A DNA stretch of 64,000 nucleotides from Ascidiella aspersa (Eukaryota), in assembly GCA_963924565.1 (NCBI GenBank), contig OZ004610.1, forward strand, positions 31,062,001 to 31,126,000, in the 5' to 3' direction. This document shows positions 42,901 through 51,737 of this stretch, in pieces. Within the stretch, counting starts at the first letter, position 1. Every line of letters starts with the position of its first letter. Below the pieces are notes generated by a model, which made no database searches, was not told where the DNA came from, and saw only the letters and a list, made by a program, of their open reading frames with translations. A program made the translations under genes and the position numbers.

Positions 42901-45900
42901 CCGTCAGTTATGACGAAGGCAATCAAACGTAAGTTGATGTTGCAAAAACAAATAGTTATTCGAGTACAACAAAATGATAGCTACATCTGTATTATAAATG
43001 CGCTAAACACCTCGTGCCCGCAAGCTTATTTTACCTACCACTTAAACGGCAATATAAAAAGCACGAGCGGCTAATGATGGTAACGCGACAATTCAATTCC
43101 ACGGATAAACACTCGTCACCAACTACAGATAGGCTAGTTACTTGCAAAACAAGGTGGAACTTTACGGAACACCAAAAGTTGCGATGGCCTTCTTACGCTT
43201 TGCGAGTCTTTTTGTTAAATGGTCGCATGTTTTTGGAACATTTTGAAGCATAACGGTGGGAGGTTGTAGTAGGACGTAGTAAGAATATCAAAGCCCATAC
43301 AAAAGTAGGTATCATTTCGAACGTTTCGAAAAACTATTTATTCATTTAAAGAGTATAAAGAGGTATTCGAAACGTTCAAAATATCGAATATTTGTCCCAA
43401 ACTTGGCGGTTTATATTTCCAAAACCATAAGTTCACCTAAGTAACATTTTTGTGTAGAAAGCAAAACATTAATTGAGAAAATCGAACACTTTATTGAACA
43501 TAGTTTTTTTTTATGTTCATCAATTTATATTTATAATATAAAACAATGCTTTATTTACTGCTTTGTATTGTTCAATACAAACCTATAATTGGGTTATTTA
43601 TATTAAAAAAGCGTTTATTTGATAGTGTTATGTCAACCAACAGCAATGCCTTAAATCTAGCTAGCAAATCAAAACCGAACTGGATATAAATTCTATTCAA
43701 ACAAGATTACTGCGTGTTCGATGCAAATTGAATTAAACAAGAAAACAACAAACCGCTTTAAATAACCATATTGCTGTTTATGATTTTTAAAATCTACAGT
43801 ATGGATAAAGCAATAAAATAATAGCAACCAAAGCATTATCAAACACAATCTTCACAACAATAAAAAACGGGGTGTCTATTTTCGGGCAAGATAGCGTGAT
43901 GTATGACGATACAAGAGCTCAGTAAGGGACGATGTCTCGACCTGAACCCTTCCTTCGGTATTTTCGGAAGTCAGGAGCCGGTCATTTGACGTGTTGCGTC
44001 ACGCCGAAGTTCGATGCGCATGGGCTGCATTGCGTGTAGCGTAAAGCGCTGGTCGCATTACAGAAGTCCTTATTCTAAAGTTTAGCGGGCTAGCTATTTA
44101 TTCCCCGCTACGGTGTGGTCACTGACGTCAATTTGAGTGACCTGGCATTTACTAAACGTGCCTCGGCGTCTTACCCAGTGCCGGATTAACAATAAGGCTA
44201 CGAAGGCCTTAGGCCCTGGAAAAATTCAGCCCTCAATTTTTTTGAGGTTACATTTTTGTAGAGCTCATAGGCGTGATATTGATACATGCAGTACCGATAC
44301 ATTTTTTTTTCTAAAACACGAATGACTGAGTCGAGGCAATATGTGCCTTCTGTGGAAGTAAATAAATCGTTTCATTTATGCATCTATGTATTTTTATAGC
44401 TTAGTTTGCCAAAACTAGGCCCTTCTTTAGTAAACAGCCTACAGTTGCCTGAATCCGGCGCTGGTATTACCTGTACATGTGCTGCCGTTGCCAGAATAGC
44501 CTGACTTGCATGTGCACGAGAAAGATCCGGGGTGGTTTGTGCAGTTTGCGTTCGTGTCACAGTTGTCCGAACCGTTCGCGCATTCGTCGACATCTTGGAA
44601 AACACGCCAAAAAGGAAATCAATAAAATCTCGAAATTCGTGAGTTCAAAGCGACGGTCTGTCCGAAGTGGCGCTTTCAGGTGTTTTAAAATTGGACGATT
44701 TCGTTCGAAACACGCGATTATTTGACTGCCGTCGTTTGTAAACCGTCTGTTGTCCAGGAAATGCGGTTCCACATTTTCAAAAGTGGCTTATACAACCGAA
44801 AAGCAAAACGTATCAAATCTAATGCAACACACAGCAACACTACGTGGTGATCTATAAAGGAGATTAATTAAGAATATCAAAGGCAAATAGGTCAAGTGAA
44901 TTGACACCATCTTGATAAAGACGTTTCGATAGGCACTTGCACGATTAACTAATGATCAAGATGATCTCATTTACTTGACCTTTTAAGCTGCACTTATAAT
45001 AACTAATGTAATGCAGTTTTATACACAATAAATATCACGAGCTGATTGCCATTAGTACTTGACCCTTTTTTGCTCTCACAGAGTCGAATGTGTAATCTGT
45101 ATACCCCGAGAAGGTAACACCAACAACTAAGTTGGAGTAGATAGCTGTAAAGAACTTAAACGACTACGTCACACTTTTGTTTTTGTCCCCCGATTAGAGG
45201 CGCCTAAGGGTGCGGAATCCTAAACCTTAAATACGCACCTACATACTACGCGATGTCTGTAAATTACGGCGTCGTATGTGTAATCTGTAAACCCCGAAAA
45301 TGTAACAACAACAACAACAAAGTAAATTACCTGCGCACGATCTCCCGTCACCCGAATAGCCTGTCCTGCATCGGCAAATGAACGAACCAGGGGTGTTTGT
45401 ACAACCAGCGTTGGTGTCGCAGTTGTTGCTACCGTCGGTGCACTCGTCTATGTCTAAAATGATACAATTTTCGATCGGTTAAACAAAATATGAGAGAGAA
45501 GAAGCTTAATTGTTTGGTTAGGGAACCAAATAGGCGAAATTAACGCCCCTAAAAATTAGACCAAAAATATTTATTGCAACAGTACTATACAATTTCGCGT
45601 ACATCACAAAAAACGCCAATCATAGGTTTTTTGGGTGCCACATTTTACTACGGTAACGATTTACAACAGGCCTTACCTGAACAAGTGACCCCACTTCCAG
45701 TGAATCCGGTGTTGCAATTGCACGCATAGCTGGATCCTGTTGTTGTACAAGTGGCGTTGGGGCTACAAGGGTTGGTCGAACACGGATTGACAGCTAAATA
45801 AAAAAAAATAAAAAATATATACTGATGACGTCGATTTAACCACGGATGCAACCCAAAGAATCGCACTTCATTCTAAGTTTTCAACCACCCAAGCTTGGTG

Positions 45901-48859
45901 TGTTACAAAGTGCAACGACATAAAAATAATTTGGACATTCAAATAGCTGACGTTATTTATATAGTTGAACATTCAAATAGTTAAAGTCAAGATAAATAGG
46001 AGAAATCTTTAAAGAAGGTTTAAGTTTTAAAAATGTACGCGAAACTTTTGTGAAACAGTGCTTTTATTTCAATATTGGGGTACAAAAAATAAACACAGTG
46101 CTTAATATCCGGTGTGTCAAGGGTGGACATTGTGAGTAAACGAAAATAAAGGAACTTTCCGACTCAACGAATCCAATCGGAAAAAGCTACAAATGTCACG
46201 AGAACAAAAACACAAAACAAGGCTTTGTACGTCACATTCCTATTTCGATCACTCGCGTGTCGGCCGGGTAAATTACAGCGTCGGCCGTCAGGTGCGTCAG
46301 CGAAAGGGATGGGCGCCCACCTTGATGACTACATGGGGTCAGTTTGGGTCACAACCTTTTCTAGAAGATGTTTCGGGACCGAAAACAAAATTCCGTTTGT
46401 TTTGCGAAAGATCTTTTACGTACTTGCTCTGATTCAAATCATGAATCCCCAGCGCTTCTCGGAAGTTTACGGGAATTTGCAGGCGCGTCAAAGGGTCACG
46501 CATAAACCTATGAGAATTTACGTAAAGGAAATCTGTAATTACCTTGCGCGTGGTGATGATAATTCACTATACCTTTGTTTATAAATGTCGACATTTAACA
46601 GAAACCAACGTCACTCTATGGCAGGGATTCTTAAACTGGGGTCCATGGAGCCCCAAGGGGGAATTAGTTTCAGGGGGTCCATAAGGCCTAATTACAAAAG
46701 TAATTAATTTATCAAAATTAAATAGTATAATTAAAATTAAAACGTTTTTGCACTGAATATTTATAGACTTTTTCACAGTTTTTTGACCGAAATCAGCAAA
46801 TTTATGAAGTCTATTTGTATTGTGACGTAAATTTATGACGTCATTCTTGAAATGTTCTTGCCTACCGAGGCAAAAAAAATTTCGGGGTCCTCGGTAAAAA
46901 AAGTTTAATAACCCCTGCTCTATGGAAATGCTTACTTGACCAGGCAAACAATTTTAAAACGTGAACAACTGTACGCCTTTGCCACTTGTAGCACAACTTC
47001 GCAAAATTCGCAAACACTTATAGCTGGGTCAGATCGGATATAGACCGGAACACACTCTAAAAATAAAGGGACTTTCGATAACCTAATGCAAACTTCGGGT
47101 AATTTAACTTTGGCGACGTCGGTGGGGAAAATGCTTTTAGGTCGCGAACTACTAATCGTGAAAATGGAATAGCCGAAAGGTATAGGCGCATAACAAAAGA
47201 GAGCGGTTTCCTTAACACGCCAGCCATGGGCGGTGAAGCAACGACAGGGGATTCATTGGATTAGGCGGAATCCCGGGTACAAATTGATCGGCGTGATATG
47301 GACATTGACAGATAATTGCCTAGATATACTCGCATGACGATCTGTGTACATAAAACACCAGGATCGCTCGCAGTGAAAAATGCGCTTCCTATTTATGTAT
47401 TTTTGTGGGGTCTATACAATCAAATTTATAGCCACTTAAGAGTAAGATTTAAACAAAAACGCCCGGGAATTTCCTATTGATAACCACCGGCTATATTACA
47501 TCAATAAATAGTTCGTTTTTGTCAATCAAGATGCAACAGTTAATCGCAACCCTAAAACCCTATTTTAAAAGAAAATAAGCACGATTTATATAATTATCAG
47601 TATCCAGAATTGGCATTTTGGCAAATTATATATGTATATGAGTGGTAATACATACGTTACATTTCCATTTGACGAAATATGAACCAAAACAATTCGAGGA
47701 TACGCCATTTCTAGGTTTTTAATTAAACGCCCCATTTTGTTGGCAGCAAAACTATCAACAGGCTTAACCAAATCACTATCGTGTCAACACGACACTAAAT
47801 ACACTTTTAAACTCAAAACTCTATCGTGAATGGCTTTGCAAATGAAACTTGACTGCTTTCGAAATGGTAACCTGTGGTGCTTGGAACTGCTGTTGATTGA
47901 ATTTGGGATGTACTGGTGCTGGCAATTACATCTCTGCTTGTAGTAGAAACCACTCCTTGAGTTGTTTGTGATGTTTCTGGGGTAGCAATAGTGGTCACCA
48001 CGACAGTGGTTCCATCTCCTTGATTGGTGCTGACAAATACATCTCTGCTTGTAGTAGAAACCACTCCTTGAGTTGTTTGTGATGTTTCTGGGGTTGCAAT
48101 AGTGGTGACCTGGGCAGTGGTTCTATCCCCTTGATTGGTGCTACTCGCAGAAGAACCAACTTGGGCTTCACTGGTGCTGGCAATTACATCTCTACTTGTT
48201 GTAGAGACAACTCCATCGGTTGTTTGTGTTGCATCTGGGGTAGTAACAGTTGCCGACGTGAAAGTGTCGTTACTGGCCGTAGAAGTAAAGCTTGAGGTGG
48301 ATTGCAAATTTTGGTTGCCTGGTGTTGTTACTGTATCGATTGTGGTGTCCCCGCTCGATTCCACTATTAAAGCGGACGTTGTTTCAACTGACTGAGAAGT
48401 CGTTAAAATATGGAACTGAGTTGTCTGATCTTGCGGCTCTGCCGTAGTTTTAACAGTAACATTAGCGGCTATCGTGGCAACAACGGCATTCGATTGAGTG
48501 GCGTTGTCGCCGCTTCCAATAAACATAGAAACAGTCGTGCCAACTTCTGTGGGTGTTTCTGTATCGTTGTCACCGCTGCCTGCGAACACTGACTGCACTG
48601 TCGTGACATAGGTCGAGGTAGTGGCATTGTCCGACTGATTGTCGCCGCTAAACACCGTTCCAAAAGTCGTTGATTCTTGGGCACTTGTATTATTTCGCGC
48701 CACCCCGATATGTCCATTTAACAGAACTGAAACGAAAAGGCAACGGTTAACCAACAATGTATTTCGTAAAAAGGACAAAAAGCATTTAAACTTACCGGAG
48801 GCGATTATTGCCAAATGGTAGACAAATGTTGAGCTTCTTTTCCGCTTCCAAAAAGTCAT
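814..48859 (-). CDS. Block B: giant MUC4-like glycoprotein (SP-mucin-EGF4-FN3-EGF5-NIDO-AMOP-VWD-cadherin-like-EGF14-FN3-SEA-FN3x10+), 51 exons, continues beyond left edge
   Basis: 51 GT-AG exons join in consistent phase to 9775 nt of open frame (about 3258 aa). NIDO (LLPYG..GD, LAPFWDD), AMOP (CPC, RCCY, QCC), VWD (FWGDPH), EGF-Ca (DINEC) and SEA (FRSGSVV) motifs are visible. Confidence 0.88.
2236..2270. repeat. (TA)n microsatellite
   Basis: Direct reading. Confidence 0.9.
2346..2433 (-). CDS. B exon: FN3 N-half
   Basis: [21 protein letters not shown]; phase 1-2. Confidence 0.87.
2900..3163 (-). CDS. B exon: FN3
   Basis: [21 protein letters not shown]. Confidence 0.92.
3517..3777 (-). CDS. 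B exon: FN3
   Basis: [22 protein letters not shown]. Confidence 0.92.
4271..4316 (-). ncRNA. Minimal hammerhead motif (family 5)
   Basis: CTGAAGA-A-GGCAAT/ttgagtag/GTTGCC-GAAAC-GTT. Confidence 0.65.
4802..5056 (-). CDS. B exon: FN3
   Basis: [21 protein letters not shown]. Confidence 0.92.
5650..5788 (-). CDS. B exon: FN3 C-half
   Basis: [20 protein letters not shown]. Confidence 0.88.
6060..6410. repeat. GGAGTC-repeat MITE-like element
   Basis: caggcctgtggagtcggagtc...; related reverse copy at about 56280-56470. Confidence 0.5.
6507..6640 (-). CDS. B exon: FN3 N-half
   Basis: [24 protein letters not shown]. Confidence 0.87.
6752..7530. repeat. Dispersed element with CAGTGTTGTAA end and internal (AAGTC)n arrays
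   Basis: Related sequence at about 12978-13190, 59030-59150 and 61890-62330. Confidence 0.6.
7630..7899 (-). CDS. B exon: FN3
   Basis: [14 protein letters not shown]...[14 protein letters not shown]. Confidence 0.92.
8627..8783 (-). CDS. B exon: FN3 C-half
   Basis: [19 protein letters not shown]. Confidence 0.87.
9145..9266 (-). CDS. B exon: FN3 N-half
   Basis: [22 protein letters not shown]. Confidence 0.87.
9610..9870 (-). CDS. B exon: FN3
   Basis: [19 protein letters not shown]. Confidence 0.9.
10501..10782 (-). CDS. B exon: FN3
   Basis: [19 protein letters not shown]. Confidence 0.9.
11527..11703 (-). CDS. B exon: FN3 C-half
   Basis: [14 protein letters not shown]...[12 protein letters not shown]. 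Confidence 0.87.
12098..12205 (-). CDS. B exon: FN3 N-half
   Basis: [24 protein letters not shown]; 108 nt. Confidence 0.86.
12253..12556. mobile_element. hAT-like MITE copy
   Basis: cagggatgggca ... gtttgcccagg; homologous to 14978-15310. Confidence 0.65.
12838..12944 (-). CDS. B exon: SEA C-part
   Basis: R|[12 protein letters not shown]. Confidence 0.86.
13536..13710 (-). CDS. B exon: SEA N-part
   Basis: [17 protein letters not shown]...VTINSFR. Confidence 0.88.
14683..14863 (-). CDS. B exon: FN3-like C-half
   Basis: [17 protein letters not shown]. Confidence 0.87.
14978..15310. mobile_element. hAT-like MITE (second copy at about 12253-12556)
   Basis: caggggtgggcaa ... gtttgccaaggtatg ends; degenerate 8-bp TSD ttatagag/ttacagat; internal similarity to 12253-12556. 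Confidence 0.7.
15558..15655 (-). CDS. B exon: FN3-like N-half
   Basis: [33 protein letters not shown]. Confidence 0.85.
16348..16590 (-). CDS. B exon: 2 EGF-Ca (near-duplicate of previous exon)
   Basis: [19 protein letters not shown]...[10 protein letters not shown]. Confidence 0.92.
16894..16936 (+). ncRNA. Minimal hammerhead motif (family 3)
   Basis: AGAAA-CTGATGA-T-GCCT..AGGC-(G>A)AAA-TATATA-TTTCT; other copies have GAAA. Confidence 0.55.
17023..17271 (-). CDS. B exon: 2 EGF-Ca
   Basis: [18 protein letters not shown]...[10 protein letters not shown]. Confidence 0.92.
17904..18039 (-). CDS. B exon: EGF-Ca
   Basis: [20 protein letters not shown]. Confidence 0.9.
18518..18630 (-). CDS. 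B exon: EGF-Ca
   Basis: [17 protein letters not shown]. Confidence 0.9.
19065..19200 (-). CDS. B exon: EGF-Ca
   Basis: [14 protein letters not shown]. Confidence 0.9.
19970..20117 (-). CDS. B exon: EGF-Ca
   Basis: [22 protein letters not shown]. Confidence 0.9.
20614..20730 (-). CDS. B exon: EGF-Ca
   Basis: [20 protein letters not shown]; phase 2-2. Confidence 0.9.
21087..21245 (-). CDS. B exon: EGF-Ca
   Basis: [20 protein letters not shown]; phase 2-2. Confidence 0.9.
21508..21625 (-). mobile_element. tRNA-derived SINE fragment
   Basis: Homologous to 28-140, including gtgaggttcgaac. Confidence 0.6.
22010..22232 (-). CDS. B exon: EGF
   Basis: [11 protein letters not shown]...[12 protein letters not shown]. 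Confidence 0.9.
23243..23402 (-). CDS. B exon: EGF
   Basis: [22 protein letters not shown]...CPAGTTG. Confidence 0.9.
24031..24221 (-). CDS. B exon: cadherin-like end / EGF start
   Basis: TGVVSWTP...IQATDS...[10 protein letters not shown]. Confidence 0.88.
24807..24983 (-). CDS. B exon: cadherin-like
   Basis: NTPPNI...[16 protein letters not shown]. Confidence 0.88.
25485..25769 (-). CDS. B exon: post-VWD Cys-containing region
   Basis: SIFNY...[10 protein letters not shown], as in MUC4/SUSD2-type proteins. Confidence 0.9.
26300..26443 (-). CDS. B exon: VWD end
   Basis: [16 protein letters not shown]...YPFGQSW. Confidence 0.9.
26811..26975 (-). CDS. B exon: VWD
   Basis: [12 protein letters not shown]...SKGLLG; acceptor inferred from phase. 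Confidence 0.85.
27724..28014 (-). CDS. B exon: VWD start with GDPH
   Basis: [24 protein letters not shown]. Confidence 0.93.
28904..29023 (-). CDS. B exon: AMOP end
   Basis: [33 protein letters not shown]. Confidence 0.9.
29721..29764 (-). ncRNA. Hammerhead motif (family 4) in a fold-back repeat
   Basis: ca-CTGATGA-...-GAAACGTC-tg; stem II is weak. Confidence 0.5.
30172..30405 (-). CDS. B exon: AMOP
   Basis: [16 protein letters not shown]...GSLV; phase 1-1. Confidence 0.87.
31676..31951 (-). CDS. B exon: NIDO end / AMOP
   Basis: CTNWY...[15 protein letters not shown]. Confidence 0.9.
33057..33255 (-). CDS. B exon: NIDO
   Basis: [20 protein letters not shown]...IGYTNG. Confidence 0.92.
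34364..34540 (-). CDS. B exon: NIDO
   Basis: [18 protein letters not shown]; phase 0-0. Confidence 0.92.
34975..37013. repeat. Intronic about 0.8-kb tandem duplication; second copy has 4x about 161-bp internal amplification
   Basis: Near-identical copies start at 34975 and 35771; aaaattgagtacgtg recurs at about 36022, 36184, 36344, 36506. Confidence 0.93.
37057..37270 (-). CDS. B exon: NIDO
   Basis: [21 protein letters not shown]...LAPFWDDF. Confidence 0.92.
37788..37892 (-). CDS. B exon: EGF end / NIDO start
   Basis: [23 protein letters not shown]; phase 2-2. Confidence 0.88.
38934..39045 (-). CDS. B exon: EGF-Ca
   Basis: [16 protein letters not shown]; phase 1-2. Confidence 0.9.
39744..39947 (-). 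CDS. B exon: 2 EGF
   Basis: [14 protein letters not shown]...[12 protein letters not shown]. Confidence 0.9.
40725..40976 (-). CDS. B exon: 2 EGF
   Basis: [12 protein letters not shown]...[16 protein letters not shown]. Confidence 0.88.
41587..41871 (-). CDS. B exon: FN3
   Basis: [18 protein letters not shown]; acceptor inferred from phase. Confidence 0.82.
42617..42739 (-). CDS. B exon: EGF-Ca
   Basis: [18 protein letters not shown]; 123 nt. Confidence 0.9.
44471..44593 (-). CDS. B exon: EGF-Ca
   Basis: [18 protein letters not shown]; 123 nt. Confidence 0.9.
45331..45453 (-). CDS. B exon: EGF-Ca
   Basis: [18 protein letters not shown]; 123 nt. Confidence 0.9.
45677..45793 (-). CDS. B exon: EGF
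   Basis: [15 protein letters not shown]...; phase 1-1. Confidence 0.9.
46622..46917. mobile_element. hAT-type MITE with perfect 8-bp TSD
   Basis: TIRs cagggattcttaaact / agtttaataacccctg; TSD CTCTATGG at 46614-46621 and 46918-46925. Confidence 0.88.
47872..48726 (-). CDS. B exon 2: Ser/Thr-rich mucin domain
   Basis: tttcag acceptor; T/S-rich with 3x VVSTTSRDV; 3' donor (gttacc) is weak and uncertain. Confidence 0.8.
48796..48859 (-). CDS. B exon 1: start of signal peptide
   Basis: aaaATG context, [21 protein letters not shown], gtaagt donor; splices to [10 protein letters not shown]. Confidence 0.75.
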
Positions 48860-49230
48860 TTTTATTATTTTAAATTTTCCTAATTGTTAATGACCTGCAT
48901 TGCCTTCTTGTAAAAACACTAAAATTAACAACTTTCTAAACAACCTGAAATTTTTTTTATCTAAATCTACGCATCACATAGTACTAAAGACGGACTAACT
49001 TCAGCCTCGAAAGAATTTGACAACCTTAAAGATGTTGCGTTTCGCACCAACTGAACATAGTAACAACAAGCTACCTTCCTCGCCAGGCTTTAACTAAAGG
49101 GACCGCAATGGGTTACCACGGTTAAAAAAGGCGACTACGGCTAAAGCGCTGGGGCGTTACGTGAAGACTTCGGGCGCTAACAGCGTCACCCAATCTACCA
49201 CGTCATATTCCCTTTCAGACTGCAAGGTAT

Positions 49231-49274
49231 TTAGCCAACTACTCTGGGCTGCTGAGCACTTGTCGTCCGCTTAC
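49231..49274 (-). CDS. Possible terminal exon of block A (GKRTTSAQQPRVVG*)
   Basis: ttgcag acceptor, in phase 1, stop after 14 codons; no homology support. Confidence 0.3.
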
Positions 49275-50225
49275 CTGCAAATAAGCTAAGCGCATAATAT
49301 GAATTACAAATTACCTTTGAATTGCGGGACTTCTTGTATCGCTCTTTCAGCAAGCAAGCGTTGAAAAACGTAAAAAAACATGTAACAGCGATAATAGCGT
49401 CACGTATGCGTTTAATAGCTTTTTTCCCTTAGCTGCTTAAACATAAATAGCTATACAAACAAGCGAAGCAACGTTGCAGACTCTTCTCAAATTAGTGCGT
49501 GACTGCTACCTCCAAAATTTGATGACTATCAACATTATTTTTTGTAATTCCACAAGCAGAAATTTCAGGCCATTATTGCAGAAATTTTTGTGGATAAATA
49601 TAGATTATAACGCAATTTAGTTCACGATTTTGACGCTCGAAAATCGCGTTGTATCCCTCTAAACCAGTGTTCCCAAGCTTTTTTTATTTCGTGGCCTAAT
49701 TTTTTTTGGTAAAACAGTTTGTTGCCCACCATGTGTCGTAATCTTTTTTGTATACCCTTTAGTCCATCATCCAAATAAGATGTATCAACCGATATATCTT
49801 ACTTGATATACATAAAGCAAAATTGTCTGTCTGCAATTTACGCCTATATTTTCGGACAATTCCTTATTAAAATACATTGATTCTAACGACATCCAAATGA
49901 TGCTGTTTACTTTCAGTTTATTTTTAGATTGGAAATAAATATCTCTATGACAACAAACTGAATTTAAGGTGAACTGCCGTGCTAATTGTGTAGCGAATAA
50001 AAAACACAGGTCGTTATATTTTGCCTTTACGTATATAGTTCTCAACTAGTCAATAATATGGAAATGGCCTCATTCCTATATGGTTTTTGAAATGCTAACA
50101 ATTATTTTAAAAAAAACATATTCAGTTGCAATATTTTTAAATAGCTCCATGCTCCCACGAAAAAATGGCTCCCTTTTGTTGGATTGTCATAGTTTTGATG
50201 TAATTATTTTAATAAAAAAACAAAC

Positions 50226-51737
50226 CTGTTGTTGATGTTGTAAAAGTTCCGGTGGTCGCGGTATTCGCCGTTGTACCGATAGTTATGGTTGTCCCAGTAA
50301 TTGCCGTTGTCGCCGTAATTGCTGTTGTCGCCGTAATAGCTGTTGTAGCGGTATCTGCTGTTGTTGCGGTACCTGCTGTTGTTGCGGTACCTGCTGTTGT
50401 TGCGGTACCTGCTGTTGTTGCGGTACCTGCTGTTGTAGCGGTACCTGCTGTTGTAGCGGTATCTGCTGTTGTAGCGGTAACTGCTGTTGTTGCAGTACTT
50501 GCTGTTGTTACGGTACCTGCTGTTGTTGCGGTACCTGCTGTTGTTGCGGTACCTGCTGTTGTTGCGGTATCTGCTGTTGTTGCGGTACCTGCTGTTGTAG
50601 CCGTAACTGCAGTTGTTGCGGTACTTGCTGTTGTTGCGGTACCTGCTGTTGTTGCGGTACCTGCTGTTGTTGCGGTACCTGCTGTTGTTGCGGTACCTGC
50701 TGTTGTAGCGGTACCTGCTGTTGTAGCGGTACCTGCTGTTGTAGCGGTACCTGCTGTTGTAGCGGTACCTGCTGTTGTAGCGGTACCTGCTGTTGTAGCG
50801 GTATCTGCTGTTGTTGCGATACCTGCTGTTGTTGCGGTAATCGCTGTTGTTGCGGTATCTGATGTTGTTGCGGTACCTGCTGTTGTTGCGGTAACTGCTG
50901 TTGTTGCGGTATCTGCTGTTGTTGCGGTACCTGCTGTTGTAGCCGTAACTGCAGTTGTTGCGGTACTTGCTGTTGTAGCCGTAACTGCAGTTGTTGCGGT
51001 AATTGCTGTTGTTGCGGTATCTGATGTTGTTGCGGTACCTGCTGTTGTTGCGGTAACTGCTGTTGTTGCGGTATCTGCTGTTGTTGCGGTACCTGCTGTT
51101 GTAGCCGTAACTGCAGTTGTTGCGGTACTTGCTGTTGTAGCGGTACCTGCTGTTGTTGCGGTAACTGCTGTTGTTGCGGTATCTGCTGTTGTTGCGGTAC
51201 CTGCTGTTGTAGCCGTAACTGCAGTTGTTGCGGTACTTGCTGTTGTAGCCGTAACTGCAGTTGTTGCGGTAATTGCTGTTGTTGCGGTATCTGATGTTGT
51301 TGCGGTACCTGCTGTTGTTGCGGTAACTGCTGTTGTTGCGGTATCTGCTGTTGTTGCGGTACCTGCTGTTGTAGCCGTAACTGCAGTTGTTGCGGTACTT
51401 GCTGTTGTAGCGGTACCTGCTGTTGTTGCGGTAACTGCTGTTGTTGCGGTATCTGCTGTTGTTGCGGTACTTGCTGTTGTAGCCGTAACTGCTGTTGTTG
51501 CGGTACCAGCCGTTGTTGCGGTATCTGCTGTTGTTGCGGTACTTGCTGTAGTTGCAACCAATGCTGAAGTGGTGAAAAATTTATTGTCCGAGTACGGAGA
51601 ATAACCAAGAGCAGTGGCGGATACTTGAACAAGACTTCTAACGCGGGCAGAACACAGCGTGTTGGATGGAAGACCAGTCGCTGTATAATTGGTGCTTGTT
51701 GTGTTGTAGGTAAACTTCAAGTTGCCACTGCAATACA
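50226..51737 (-). CDS. A exon: FN3 C-half + (TATTAX)n Thr/Ala repeat
   Basis: [14 protein letters not shown] then 18-bp repeats; possible phase-1 donor at 50225, or read-through to TAA at 50209. Confidence 0.88.

Noticed and set aside
43900-44200. GC-richer intronic patch as an extra exon
   Set aside because: I found no convincing open frame with matching splice phases; the flanking exons join without it.
50252-51632. 450-aa Val/Ala ORF (+) and 374-aa poly-Gln ORF (-)
   Set aside because: Stop-free shadow frames of the 18-bp repeat; only the Thr/Ala frame is continuous with the FN3 domain and splice phase.
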